A stretch of 64,000 bases of DNA from Hyphochytrium catenoides (taxonomy: Eukaryota > Protista > Hyphochytriomycota): NCBI GenBank assembly GCA_900088475.1, contig FLMG01000368.1, positions 162,822-226,821 of the forward strand. Reading direction: 5' to 3'. Position numbers and translations under genes: made by a program. The notes below the pieces were generated by a model. The model was given only the letters and a program-made list of their open reading frames with translations, was not told the DNA's origin and ran no database searches. Below, piece after piece: positions 46,929 through 58,688 of this stretch (position 1 is the first letter of the stretch; each line of letters starts with the position of its first letter).

Positions 46929-49084
46929 CTATAGAGCATTTCCTTCCACTAGACTTTTGACTTGGCGGTAGTACCGCTTATTGAATGCCAGCCGGCAAGT
47001 GCGGCATGGGAATGGCTTCGTGTACACTGGTTCGTACCAATAGTTGACGGCGATATTCTTTCCCTCCACATCCGGGGAGGAGTAGACTTCATGCCACCAG
47101 TATGCCGGCTGCCAGAAGCAGACACAGAGGGTGATTGACGTGAGTTGGAAGCTTTTGATGTCAAGCAATCTCCTTACCAAGTATAGAGCATCGCCACTCT
47201 GGACATCGCAGGAGAGGGCACTGGCCTGACGAAACAATGGATACTTTGCGATGTCCGGGCTCTGAAGGTCCACGGGGCTATTCACCATTGATGTCGATTC
47301 AAGCAGCTTCCGTCGATGGAACTTGTCGTTTTCCCGATCGTACTCAAGGATTGCCTGCAAGTGCCAACGCCAGAGTCGCGTGATGCCCGATTGGCTAGAA
47401 GATGCGGGGCTTAGATTGGTTTCGTCATACCTCGCGGACGTGGCCCTCATACAGGTGTTCACTCTCCGAAGGTTCAAATAGCAGGAGCTTCTTGGAACCA
47501 GACACCATGACCAAGAGGTTCTCATATGGGTCAAAGTGAAGCTTGCCAACCTGAACGAGTGTTACGGCTGTGTATCAGTAACCAGATGCTAAGCGTCGTG
47601 GTGCACGCCTTAGTCACGAAGAGAAAATTATGAGCGAAGAAGCTCACCGTCTTGCCGTCACCAAACCAAAGATTAGTTGTGCTCTCGGCGAGGAAAGAAG
47701 CGAACGGAAACCCCGGCAGCTCCCTTCGCAAAACCTCCTTCAGGCTCCGAAGAGAGGTATATTCAATATAGAAAGAAGTATTTGAGCTCTTCCGCTGCAT
47801 AAGCTGCAGAAACTCTTTGAATTTGATGTCCATGGTCGCTGGCCGGACAACGACACGATCTGGGGACTCCAACTGCTCTAGAACACTCTGAGGAACGTGC
47901 TGAGATGTCGCCTGTTCCCACCAGAGCAGTGGCTCTGTTCCTTCGAAATTACCATCCGGGCTAATCTTGACATGGATCTGTTGGTCTCCCAGCTCCTCAT
48001 TAAAATATTGCAGGTTCCATTTCTCCAGGACTGACCAGTTCTGATAAAACGTGACATTCCAAGTATCAGAAGCAGCAGAAGACACATCTTCTCTGAGATG
48101 TTTCTTCAGAACCGATTTCTACGCACCTGCGCGGCGTTCTGGATGACAACCGGAGTATTCTTGCTTACGTAGTCACGAAAGAATGACCATGCCGTTACGT
48201 TCGAGACGTCAATTCGATCGCATTCGCTCTGCTTTGGGCCGTTCTCTACATGACGGGGGGTGAGGAAGATACGTGCCCGATTTTCCATAAACCGGCCTAT
48301 CTTTGTGGAGGTTCCCGGTAGAGATGAAAGGAACGTGCCACACTGTCCATCAAGATAAGGATAGCGCCCAATGAGACAACAAAAAATATCATCAGATGCC
48401 TGAAGCGGAGAACAGAATATTGAAGGGCGAGGTCGATCTAACCTTCTCGTTGATAAACTCAACTACATCCTCAAGTGTAAATGGGCCTGGTAGGGAGCTG
48501 ATTAGTCTTCTGAGCTGGGAACAGCCAGCATTACTCCAGGGCTATAGCAAACGACCAAGCAAATTTTCTGGTACCAAACAAAGGCAGAAATGTACTTGAC
48601 AGTCCTTTGAGAGTGGCTTGCGAGAAGGGAAATCGTCTAGGGCTCTAACGGGGACACTGCTAATACCAGCCTCCTTCGGGATGTCCTTTGACCCAGTCAC
48701 TGCAGCGTTACCTTGATACTTCTCCTTATTGAGGCTTAGATCGTATTTGTTTGTTGGGGGTGCAAGCAGACAGCTAAAGTCGCTCTCCTTCTTAGGGAAG
48801 TAGTAGAGAGCATGCTCTTCCCGTACGCTGATATAATCAAGGTTGGCTGTTGGCATCGACATGAAGATAACATTAGGTATTCCACGAAACAGCGCTTGCG
48901 TATCGTTGAAGATTTTTTTATGAAGGCTTGCACTGTCCATTTGCGGTTTAGATGGGAGGGAGAGGAGGAAAATATGATTCTGCCCTGCCAGTTCATCGAG
49001 TTGGCTGCGACCAAGACTCGCCTGAACGGTCAATAAGAAGAGCAGAAGAACCTGCAGGGTCTCGCAGAGCAGGGATGTCGCCAT
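46929..49084 (-). CDS. JmjC/cupin-8 2-oxoglutarate oxygenase with a signal peptide (JMJD7-like)
   Basis: FFRDYVSKNTPVVIQ, NLWFGDGKT|VGKLHFDPYENLL, GDALYL|PAYWWHEV and IAVNYWY. Hydrophobic N-terminus LQVLLLFLLTVQASLG. Confidence 0.88.
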
Positions 49085-49961
49085 CCTTCTCCTACCGGAG
49101 TCACCCTAGCTACTGACGTCAGGGTCTGTCGAACTTTTTGCGCTGCCTAACTGGAGTAAAGGGACTCTCTCAGGGTTCTAGATCTCGTTCACCTCCATTA
49201 TTGTCCCCTACTTTGTCTAGTAGCCGCGTATTCAAGAAGACTGTGGGACTATCAAATGGTCGTCTCCAAGGGTTACTATCTCCAACTTTATGAAGTGCTT
49301 GATACCTGGAATCTGGATGCGCAACACGTCTGACGCCTGCAAAGCTAGGCCCCTTGAGAGTGATGAAGATAGGGGCCCTGGACACTTGGGAGTGAAGACT
49401 GGATGGATACTGAAGAGTGAAGAGTGAAGAACGCAAAATGACGAATCAAGACTCAAGTTTGGAGACTTGAGACTGGAGCTTGGAGAGACTCTGCAGCTTG
49501 GAGAGACTGGAGACCGGGGACTCGAGACTTGACTTCAGACTGGCGACAAGAGTGAAGATTGGAGACCGCAGGTCGTGGAGATCGGAGATTTGACAGCTTC
49601 AACACCTGGCAGATCGTCTCGACCCGTGGGAATCGCAAAGCTCTGTGGGGTTCTGCAATAGTCATCAAGCAGATAACGAATCTGGCCAGGAATGGCTCCA
49701 CTGAAGTTGGATTATACTGGTTTGTATTCTAAATCAGTCCGCTGTGGCCTGTAACATACTCACTATGCTTTACGAAGAGACACGANNNNNNNNNNNNNNN
49801 NNNNNAAGCGCAGGCAGGGAAAACAGGTGGAGACAGCCACGGCGCCGGAGCCATCTTCCAGCTCGGAACGTAAGAAACTGAAAGAAAAATAGCCTCCATA
49901 TAGCTCTTGACAAGAGAAGGGCCCTTGCTCAAAGGCCTCGACTTATTAGCCTCCACCAGCT

Positions 49962-51596
49962 ATGTCGTCGACAAAGCCGAGCGATGATAAGGCAGAGAGC
50001 GATCTAGATGTCTCAGCCTCAGAAGGTGAGCTATCAAATCTTGACGAGAGTGAAGGTGAGGAAGAAGAAGCGGAGGCAAAGGCAGGAGTGACCAAGACCG
50101 GTGGGAAGGAGGAGAAGAAACCAGTCGAGGTAAAGAACAAGCCGTTCGATGAGGCACTGGAACTAAGTGCGAGCGCAAGTTTCGAAAGTGTGCCATCCCC
50201 CAACGCCAAGGTAAAAAATAAGCCTTACGATGAGGCCTTGGAACTGAGTGCAAGCATGCAATCACCGGATTCGAAACCTGTGCAGCCGCAGTCAGCCAAT
50301 GTAACCTCAGGACTAGCAGAAGAGAAGAAGGGTGGTGATGGAGGTAGGCCAACCACCCGAGGAGGATCCCGGATAAAGGCTCCGGACGCTGAGGAGAAGG
50401 GAAGTGCAGCAACCCCGGCAGCAGCAACTGGTGGTCGAGGGAGTGAGGCTAAGGTATATATCGTCAAACCTCATCGCGAGCTACTAGTGCTCTTCCTTCC
50501 TTCCATGTGTCTGCTATTACCGCGTTGTAAACATGGAATCGCGTACTCTCATTAGGGCATCTCATAAAAGTTGGTCTCTCTCTTTGTCTGATAGATCAAG
50601 AACAAGCCTTTTGACGAGCAGGTAGAGCTCGAGGGCTCGGAGAGTGAGGCAAGTGTGGAGACCGATGGTGTTCCGTCCCCCAAGAAAAAGCCGTCTGCCC
50701 CCAAGTCAAACCCGCTGGGAACTACACAAGAAAAGAAGGCCACCAAAGAGGCCAAAGAAGAAGAAGAAGATGGCGAAGAGTCCAGCGGCGAGGAGAGTAG
50801 TAGTGGTGAAGAGTCTAGTGAAGAAGAAGAAGGGACCGATAAAGGCAAGGGCGGACCAACAGCTTCAAAGTCGGCGGGATACAACGAGAAGGAGTATGCA
50901 CATTTAAACGTCTCGGGGGATGTGAAGGAGCTATTCCAGTACATTGGCCGGTATAAGGCGCAAGATATTGAGCTAGAAACACGGCTCAAATGCTTCTTCC
51001 CTGACTATATCCCAGCAGTGGGAGAAATGGATGCCTTTCTCAAGGTCCCACGCCCTGATGGAAAGGTTGACGAATTGGGTCTTAAAAGGCTTGATGAGCC
51101 AAGCGCTTCTCAGTCTGACCCCACAGTACTAGAGCTTCAGCTTCGCGCTGTCTCTAAGAAGCAGCATGGAGACCTTGTGGTGAGGTCTATCGAAGAAGCA
51201 GAGAAGAATCCTCAGGAAATCGAAAGATGGATCAAGAGCATAGAAGAGCTCCATCGAAGTAAGCCCCCTCCTCAGGTTCACTATTCTAAGCCCATGCCAG
51301 ACGTTGAGACGCTAATGCAAGCATGGGAGCCTGAGTTTGAAGACATCTTAGGCCAGCTTCCACTTCCTAGCTGTGACATGGAGATGGAGTTACACGACCA
51401 AGTCCGGCTGGCCTGCAGCATCTTGGATATTCCTGTCTATAACAATATTGTGGAGTCATTGCACGTGCTACTCACGCTCTACTCAGAATTCATTTCTAAT
51501 CAGCACTTTATGAACATTGCGCAAGCCAAAACGGATGTATCTGCGGGAGGAAGCTCTCCCTCCCAACGCGAGGAGCAGCCGCAGTACGACATCTGA
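49962..51596 (+). CDS. IFT46: Intraflagellar transport protein 46
   Basis: YNEKEYAHLNVSGDVKELFQYIGRYK..PDYIPAVGEMDAFLKVPRPDGK..LDEPSASQSDPTVLELQLR..MPDVETLMQAW, preceded by an acidic N-terminus. Confidence 0.95.
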
Positions 51597-51636
51597 AAGC
51601 GATTTTTATAGTTAATACTAAGTAGTATAAGAAGTC

Positions 51637-53107
51637 CTAGCCCTTTCTCTTCTTCCTATGACGGCGTTTATCGGTGCCGCTGTCTGAGTCAGAGGTAGCC
51701 GAGGAGCTGCTGCTACTACTGCTGCTCATTTTTCGTTTATGACGCTTATCCTTGCTTCTATGCTTTGAAGAGCTTTTCTTTGCCTCTTTAATCTTCTTCT
51801 TCTTGTCTTTCTTCCTCTTTTTCTCTTCCTTCTTGGCCTCCTTCAAGAGCTGTTCAAGCTCCTTGCGCCTGTGGTGGGAGCACTTTGTGCTGAAATAGCT
51901 CCAGACAAGGCCCAGAGAAGTCAGTGAGAACGCTACCTTGAATCTTTGTCACTCCTTTTGTCCTCCTTCGTAGCTAGGAACTTTGCCATTGGATCCTCCC
52001 GTGCCTGGGGCCAATGTCATGCAAGCGGAGTTACTACTGCTGAGCGCACCACCTAAAGAAGAACAAGACAGGCACTACCTGTCGCTCCGCGTCAAGGAGT
52101 ATATTGCCAGAAGTGTACAAGGGACATTCACGGTCGCCTAGAGGAGTAGAAGCTAGGTGAGTCTTGCGAGGGCCTAGCTTCTACATGATAATTGACTAGT
52201 AGGCTGAGTCAAGGTTTTCTCCTACTTCAGTGATGGTCTCTCTTCTCTGTGGTCTTTCTTTTACCGCTCTAGCAGCGTGGCAGGTAGGGCGACACTTTCT
52301 GGAATCTCCGTCTCCACTTCCACTTCCCCTGTGCTCGCCATGCCCATCCCCTGCCCGTCTCTTTATCTGTAGTATGTGCTCTCCATACTGACCGTCAATC
52401 ACCTATAAGGATCCCTACTAACGTTCACTTACCGGTCCGATGGCCGTAGGCTTTGCATCTCCAGCACTGCATCACCTTCACTTCAACTCCCATCGGAAGC
52501 CACAGACCTTTTGATGGAGCATTCTTCAGGAAGTCTCTAACAAGGAAAGTAGCTTCCATCAGCCAAGGTTTTGCTCTAGATTCGTTGAACTCAATGATAG
52601 GATCATATACCTCGCTGCTTTGTTCTCTGGCCGATCTGGAATCGCATCTTCAGGCTAGGAGCACACAACGCAGCCTCACTCTCAGACACATCCCAGCTCT
52701 TGCCAAATACGGGGCCGACGTCCTCACCCTGACTTTCTCCTCTACGTTTCTTGCGCTACGATCCTCATCCTCACTGCGAAGATCAAGCTGCATTACTTCC
52801 AATCCATCCTTCCGCGCATACGACTCTGAAAGCCTCACCTGTTCCCATCTGTGTTTCCGTGGCCAACGTGTTCGCGCTCGCTGCACATCATAGCGCCAGG
52901 GTAAGTGGAAAGACCTACATGGTAATGGCTGACAAGCTAGGTACCGAGCAAAGTTCTCATCTGCATTAATGATCTCCTGAAGCAGAAGCTCCTGAAACAA
53001 TCAGCAGAACATTCAGTCCCCGCCAGGTATCGCCACCAACATACCAAGGGTTATTTTACCCGTGAAGAAAGCAGATCGGACGTCTCCTTCCGGTTGAGCT
53101 GGCTCAT
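51637..53107 (-). CDS. RP9: RP9/PAP-1 splicing-associated protein
   Basis: PEDAIPDRPENKAAR, DFLKNAPSKGLWLPMGVEVKVMQCWRCKAYGHRTG|DRECP and REDPM, then a Lys/Ser-rich tail. Confidence 0.9.
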
Positions 53108-53749
53108 CGCGCTTTGCCTAGGTCTCTCTTGTTGCTCCCTGGTACGACTTATCTAACCCTGTCAAGTTAGCTAAACTGCTTCAAGACATCGTCCTGGTCG
53201 TCTTAGCGACAGCCTTAAACTACCGGTAGGCGGCCTGGGTGGCTTAGGTCTATTAGGTGCTACCGAGGCAGAAACGGACGCAGAATTAAGGACCCGACAC
53301 AAGGCGACAGGAACACGGACGGAGGACTTTTCTACTCGTCGCAGAGGAAAATTCATCAACAGATGACACCGAATGCTAAGGATTGATAGAACTATCGCCC
53401 AGCGATTGGGAACGCTGGCACGATCTTCAACAGCCAGCCTCCCTCACATCATCAAGAGACGAATCAGAGCGGATGAGAGCTGCTAACGATACGGATGGGA
53501 GCGGTTCAACGGTGAGGTCGTCCTAGGTCCAGTGAAATATTGCAGTCTTGGTGCTCCTATCATCACCTCCAACCTTGCCTCCAACTCAGCTTGCAATAGC
53601 AAATCTCTTCGTCGTCTTCAGCATCACTTTCTTGCTGCTTGTGAGGACGGCTAGGGGTCTATGAAGGATCTCAAGCTTGTTATTAGGGGTGAAGGAGGAG
53701 CAGTTGCGCTTCATTTGCGTTGACAAGTAGTACATATATCGAGAGAGCC

Positions 53750-54042
53750 ATGGCGAAGAAGAACAATCTCAAGAAAGCCAAGCAGCAACACGAGAAGAAC
53801 ATCGAAAGAGAGAGGGAGCGCAGACGCGCCGCCGACTCTGAGAAAGCCAAGGTAAAGGGAACCTTATGTCCTGCATCGCACTTGCTTACTTCTCTCAAAC
53901 TCCGCAGAAGGATGTGGAAGGCGTCAAGGTTCACAAGGCCAAGAACCGAAGGCGCAAGGGAATGCAAAAAGTGGTGAAGAAAGTTCTATCTAGGAAGGAT
54001 GTCGCAGCAATGGCCGTGGAAGAGGAAGGCGATGATAAATAG
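53750..54042 (+). CDS. Small basic hypothetical protein
   Basis: Two exons spliced in frame: MAKKNNLKKAKQQHEKNIERERE..KAK|KDVEGVKVHKAKNRRRKG..DDK*. Confidence 0.6.
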
Positions 54043-54251
54043 ATAACAGTCGTTTGCTGTCAGCTGCAGCTGCAGCTACAGCTGAGGAATATAATAGTCT
54101 CCTAGAACAATGGCTGTGAAAAAAGCGGTTCCCAATAGCACACTCCTACGAAATTTTCTTTGGGCATCCATCCTTCCGAAGCTGCAAAGGAGGACTCGTC
54201 GGTTAGACGGTGAGGGCGCAGAGCAGCAAGGGATGGGCTTCATAGTAGAAC

Positions 54252-55894
54252 TTACCTATAGTCCCAGTATTTATCAATATACTTTGCCGCCAGTTGGCCA
54301 AAGTCTGGAAATTCTTCTCTCTGAGCCTTCAAAAATGCTTCAACAGGCATTCGTTCTCCATCCTCTTTGTCTCCAAAGTGCCACATGCAACTGTCGAAAG
54401 ATCACACGGTGTTGAGATTGAGGAGTCTTGATAAGCCACGCATGCCATGCAAATATTTGGGCATACCGGATCTTCTCAGGAATTTTAAGGCTCCAGTCTT
54501 CATCTTTGACGTGCTTGCGAAGAGGCTTACGATTTTTTTTCGCTTGTCCATAGACCTTCGAATAAGAAAGGGAATGTCAAGTTCAGTCATAGGAAGGGAT
54601 CTTTGGATTATCCGCCTTTCCAAGTTCCTCCCTTACCATTCGAACCACGACTTCTTCAACTGACAGCTTAACGACAGCCACGCCATTCCTCATGCATGTC
54701 TCCATTTCTTCCTTCGTTAAGTATCCATCTCCATCTGCGTCAAAGACTTCAAAACAAACTGTACCGACAAACGTGGAGTGGTTTGAGTGCGCGTTATACT
54801 GATTCTTCTAAGAGTGTCAGGGTTGCTCACACTGAAGTCGCTCGGGCAGCGTGCCAGCCATGAAAGTCTGCAACCCATTGTGCAGGATAGACCCGTCAAT
54901 TAAACCTGATAGTAGAGTGATCGTGTCAGAATAACTCGTCCACGGCGCCTCGCTTCAGCATCATCTTCACTCTAACACTAGCTCCCTCAGCAGTTTCCCC
55001 TTCGAGGTCCGCCCGTTCTCAGTCTCGGCCGCAGCTTGAATGAATGGCCTTGCTCTACCTAAAAAATGACTAATCTCTTCTATGATAACCTTGCCGCTAA
55101 CACTAGAACTTACCGTCTTTGTCCTTATCCAGCAGATCAAAGTAGCGTGTCAGATCCTTCAGCTGAATGGATGCAAACATCAACCGCACTGTCCGTTCTA
55201 CTCTAGCTAAATCATCTGGTGATCGGCTGGCGTTCCAGCAGTTAGGAGTAGAGTAACCATGCTATTCATTGGGAGAAAGGGACAGCTTACTTTTCTTCTG
55301 CAGTGATCTGTACACCCTCTGCAATAGCAGCCTCGTAGGCAGTCTCCAATGATTCGATGAGGGTCTTGATAACGTTGTTATAGTCCTCCTTCGCTAACTT
55401 CTTCTCTGATATGGGCACTAGCCTTTCTAGCACAGTGAATAGCTCTGGGTACTGGTCTAATAACGACACTCTTTCAGAGACAAAGGTGAGGAAGGAGGTA
55501 CCATAGCGTTGATATGGTGCTTAGGTTTGGCTCAGGAAGGCTTACCTCGTGCTGCAACTTTTCCTTCTCCCTCCTCTATCCCTGAGATCATCTTTGAGGC
55601 CTGAACGATTGCTTTCAGCTCTGGTCTTTGATCTGATCAAGAGAAAGCATTGAAAATAGTGCTGTTAGGCCACGCTGGGACTTAGGATGGACCAGTCCTC
55701 GGCTTACGCAGATCTGGGCCCTGATAAGGCAACCGAAGGGAGGAGAGTGTCGCAAAAACCGACCGCGACGGCTTCAACTGCGGCTGGGTCGATGCAGGCC
55801 CCGAAAAGGCTCGAAATGGAGGCCGATGAAGTCGCCTTCTCTGGGCAACTCTCCCAGCCACCATTTGTGCAGTTCCGGCCTGTGCGCGCCGCAT
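54252..55894 (-). CDS. EF-hand protein with a mitochondrial-presequence-like N-terminus
   Basis: YFDLLDKDKDG and FCFEVFDADGDGYLTKEEMETCM EF loops, with an Arg-rich N-terminus (RRRLHRPPFRAFS). Exon boundaries are only partly resolved. Confidence 0.65.
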
Positions 55895-56338
55895 TATTCG
55901 CTATTTTAAGGAACCTTGTGCAGTCGACAGTTCTTGAGGCACTGGGTTGCTAACTCGACCCGCGATGCTTGATTGTTGAGCTCCCTAGGCCCAGAAGAGA
56001 CGCTAACCAAGCAGAATGAAGCATCAAGAATGACAAAAGACAGCAATAGCAATCACAAGAACCTCCCACTTCCATCCAGCCTCCACTTTGGTACCGGGCT
56101 ATAAAACTGAAGATTCACCTCGTTGGTACTGTAGTTATAATCATTACTATGCAGTGATGCTATAGGTTGAGCTAAACATATTCCCTTAACAGAGCTTCGC
56201 AGCTCGCCAACAGAGTTTGTCCTCTCGCCATCTGTACATTTCTACCCTGTTTGTAGGCTAGATCCGTCTCCGTCTCCGACTCGGTCTCAATCCTCCACTC
56301 CACAAAGGTCTCCAGAATCTCTGCTAAAGCTCTGTTAT

Positions 56339-57081
56339 CTAAGAAATTCTGAAGTGACCACGATTTCGTTGACCACCTCCTGATCCGGAAGGTTTTGGTC
56401 TACTATCTATACGCTTCCCCTTCTCATATTGATAGCAATATTTAGCGATGGGGCCCTCATATTTGCAATCGTGACAAACCAGAGGCTCTGGCCTCTCCTG
56501 GCCTCTCTGCCTTTTCCACGGCTTCCCCTCGTCTCTCTTCTTATCATAACGAGATCGCGTAGGGTTCTCTGTTGCGGACGTCTGTCGACCCGGAGCCTTC
56601 CCGCTTGAACCCGCTGTAAACTCTCTGGTGCGTAGGATCACCTTGTACAGCTCATTCCACTCCGTCCATGAACTAGGCTTCCTGAGCTTCTCATCAATGG
56701 CTCGTTGCTCAGTGACGGATAGAGCATTCTCCATTAGCATGTCTGCCATTTCCTCGTCCTGATCATCTGAGGATTCAGCTGCTGACTCATCTCCTCTAGC
56801 ACCACGAGGTGCTTGGGGCTGCAGTCTACCCATCATCTCATCGAACTTGCGCTTCAAATCGCGAACCTCCTCGTTGGCCCTTTCTATCTCTCGTCTTTCC
56901 TCTTCGAGCTTACGAGTTTGCTCCCCCAATAGGTTGCGTAGCTCCGCGATTTCAACCTCCGCTGCTGCCCTGCGGGTATTAACCCTGCTTCCACTAGTCC
57001 CAGCAGCTGACGCTCTCATTCTCTCTTCTCAGTAGTTTGAGATTCTTCACAAGCCACACACTTGCAGCTCAGCTACTACCA
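56339..57081 (-). mobile_element. LTR-retrotransposon gag remnant, copy 1 (internally deleted)
   Basis: Coiled-coil N-terminus and a degenerate zinc knuckle CHDCKYEGPIAKYC. Upstream is an ..AACA|TGGTAGTAG motif resembling an LTR end plus PBS. No pol is seen. Confidence 0.65.
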
Positions 57082-57112
57082 TGTTAGGCCGTGGAAAATA
57101 TCCGACAGAGCT

Positions 57113-57748
57113 AAACGCAGCAACCCTACCATTGGCGAGTATTTCCAGATGTTTGACAGGATAGCGAAAAGTCACCTATATGGGGACCAGCAAAAGCTAC
57201 ACATTCTTCTCAGTCGAAGTGTGGGAGCTGTTAAGGATAATGCGGAGCGATTGGCGCGTCAAGGTCAGAGCTACGCTGACGTTCGTCAATTCTTAATGGA
57301 CGTCTACGCTCTCTTGAGGGATGGCAAATCTATGATAGAGCACTCTCCATTAGCATGTCTGCCATTTCCTCAAAGCTTAAGGTCCTTTTATACACCTCAT
57401 AGGCTTTCGCATACTGCTCCACTTGCTTGACCTTCTTGCATTCAGATTCTCCGATGCCTCCTGTGACATGTCCGTGGGAAACTCCATGGCGGTAATGCCA
57501 GCCCCCATCATCAGACGAAGCTCCTTCATAGATTTGCCATCCCTCGAGAGAGCGTAGACGTCCATTAACAATTGACGAACGTCAGCGTAGCTCTGACCTT
57601 GACGCGCCAATCGCTCCGCATTACCCTTAACAGCTCCCACACTTCGATTGAGAAGAATGTGTAGCTTTTGCTGGTCCCCATATAGGTGACTTTTCGCTAT
57701 CCTGTCAAACGTCTGGAAATACTCGCCAATGGTAGGGTTGCTGCGTTT
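57113..57748. repeat. 223-bp inverted repeat of a gag capsid segment
   Basis: 57113-57335 is the near-identical reverse complement of 57526-57748; both encode KRSNPTIGEYFQ..RDGKSM. Confidence 0.95.
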
Positions 57749-58273
57749 GTCCCCTGTTCTGCCAAAACAGCTTAGGAGACTCCTCGAACTGCAACTTCCC
57801 GACGCCTCTACCATCCAGCGACAAATCCACACTTCTCCTCGCCGTCCTTGTTGGCCTCTGTACTCGCTCCTCAGCGCTACCGCTAGAACCCACTAACGAT
57901 GATGACGCCAGCTCCTCTCGTTGGTCACTCTCACCCATGCTTTCGTCATCATTCGCAGAATCCTCCTCTGCCTCATCAGCGTCTTCTGGTACTTCAGCGT
58001 TGCCCTCTTCAGCATCAGCACCGCCGGCCGTCTCCTCGTCCTGATCATCTGAGGATTCAGCTGCTGACTCATCTCCTCTAGCACCACGAGGTGCTTGGGG
58101 CTGCAGTCTATCCACTCATCTCATCGAACTTGCACTTCAAATGGCGAACCTCCTCGTTGGCCCTTTCTCTCTCTCGTCTTTCCTCTTCGAGCTTACGAGT
58201 TTGCTCCCCCAATAGGTTGCGTAGCTCCGCGATTTCAACCTCCGCTGCTGCCCTGCGGGTGTTAACCCTGCTT
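57334..58273 (-). mobile_element. gag remnant, copy 2 (frameshifted, truncated)
   Basis: 58033-58273 repeats 56751-56990 and 57334-57371 repeats 56718-56755. Between them lie a capsid-like segment and an acidic linker. Confidence 0.75.
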
Positions 58274-58275
58274 AC

Positions 58276-58554
58276 GGGGGGTTGGGAGCCACAAGGGCAA
58301 CGTGGTCCCTCCCCAACAGCACGAACATCATCCTGGTCCGTCAATCACTTTTACTGATGTGTGCACTAGTTCCTATACACAGAGAGAGTATTGCCAGGTC
58401 CTACTGGGGGCTGGGAGCCACAAGGACAACGTGGGCCCTTCCCAACAGCACGAACATCCTGGTCAATCACTTTTACTGATGTGCACTAGTTCTTATACAC
58501 AGAGAGAGAGAATTGCCAGGTCCCTTACTGGGGGCTGGGAGCCACAAGGGCAAC
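58276..58554. repeat. Tandem repeat of about 125-130 bp (2.2 copies)
   Basis: Units begin GGGGG(T/C)TGGGAGCCACAAGG at 58276, 58406 and 58530. Confidence 0.92.
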
Positions 58555-58688
58555 ATGCTGACAACAAACGGGCAGAAAGAGACCGACAGACCCTTCCGAT
58601 GGAGTCCACGGCGAGTCCGTGGAAGATAATGAGTCTAGACATCGACCACTCTAGCTAGAATAATAAATACTATAGTCTCCGGGACCCA

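Noticed and set aside
58276-58554. Hammerhead ribozyme in the tandem units
   Set aside because: The core reads CTGATGT rather than CTGATGA, and I could not place a GAAA with stems I-III.
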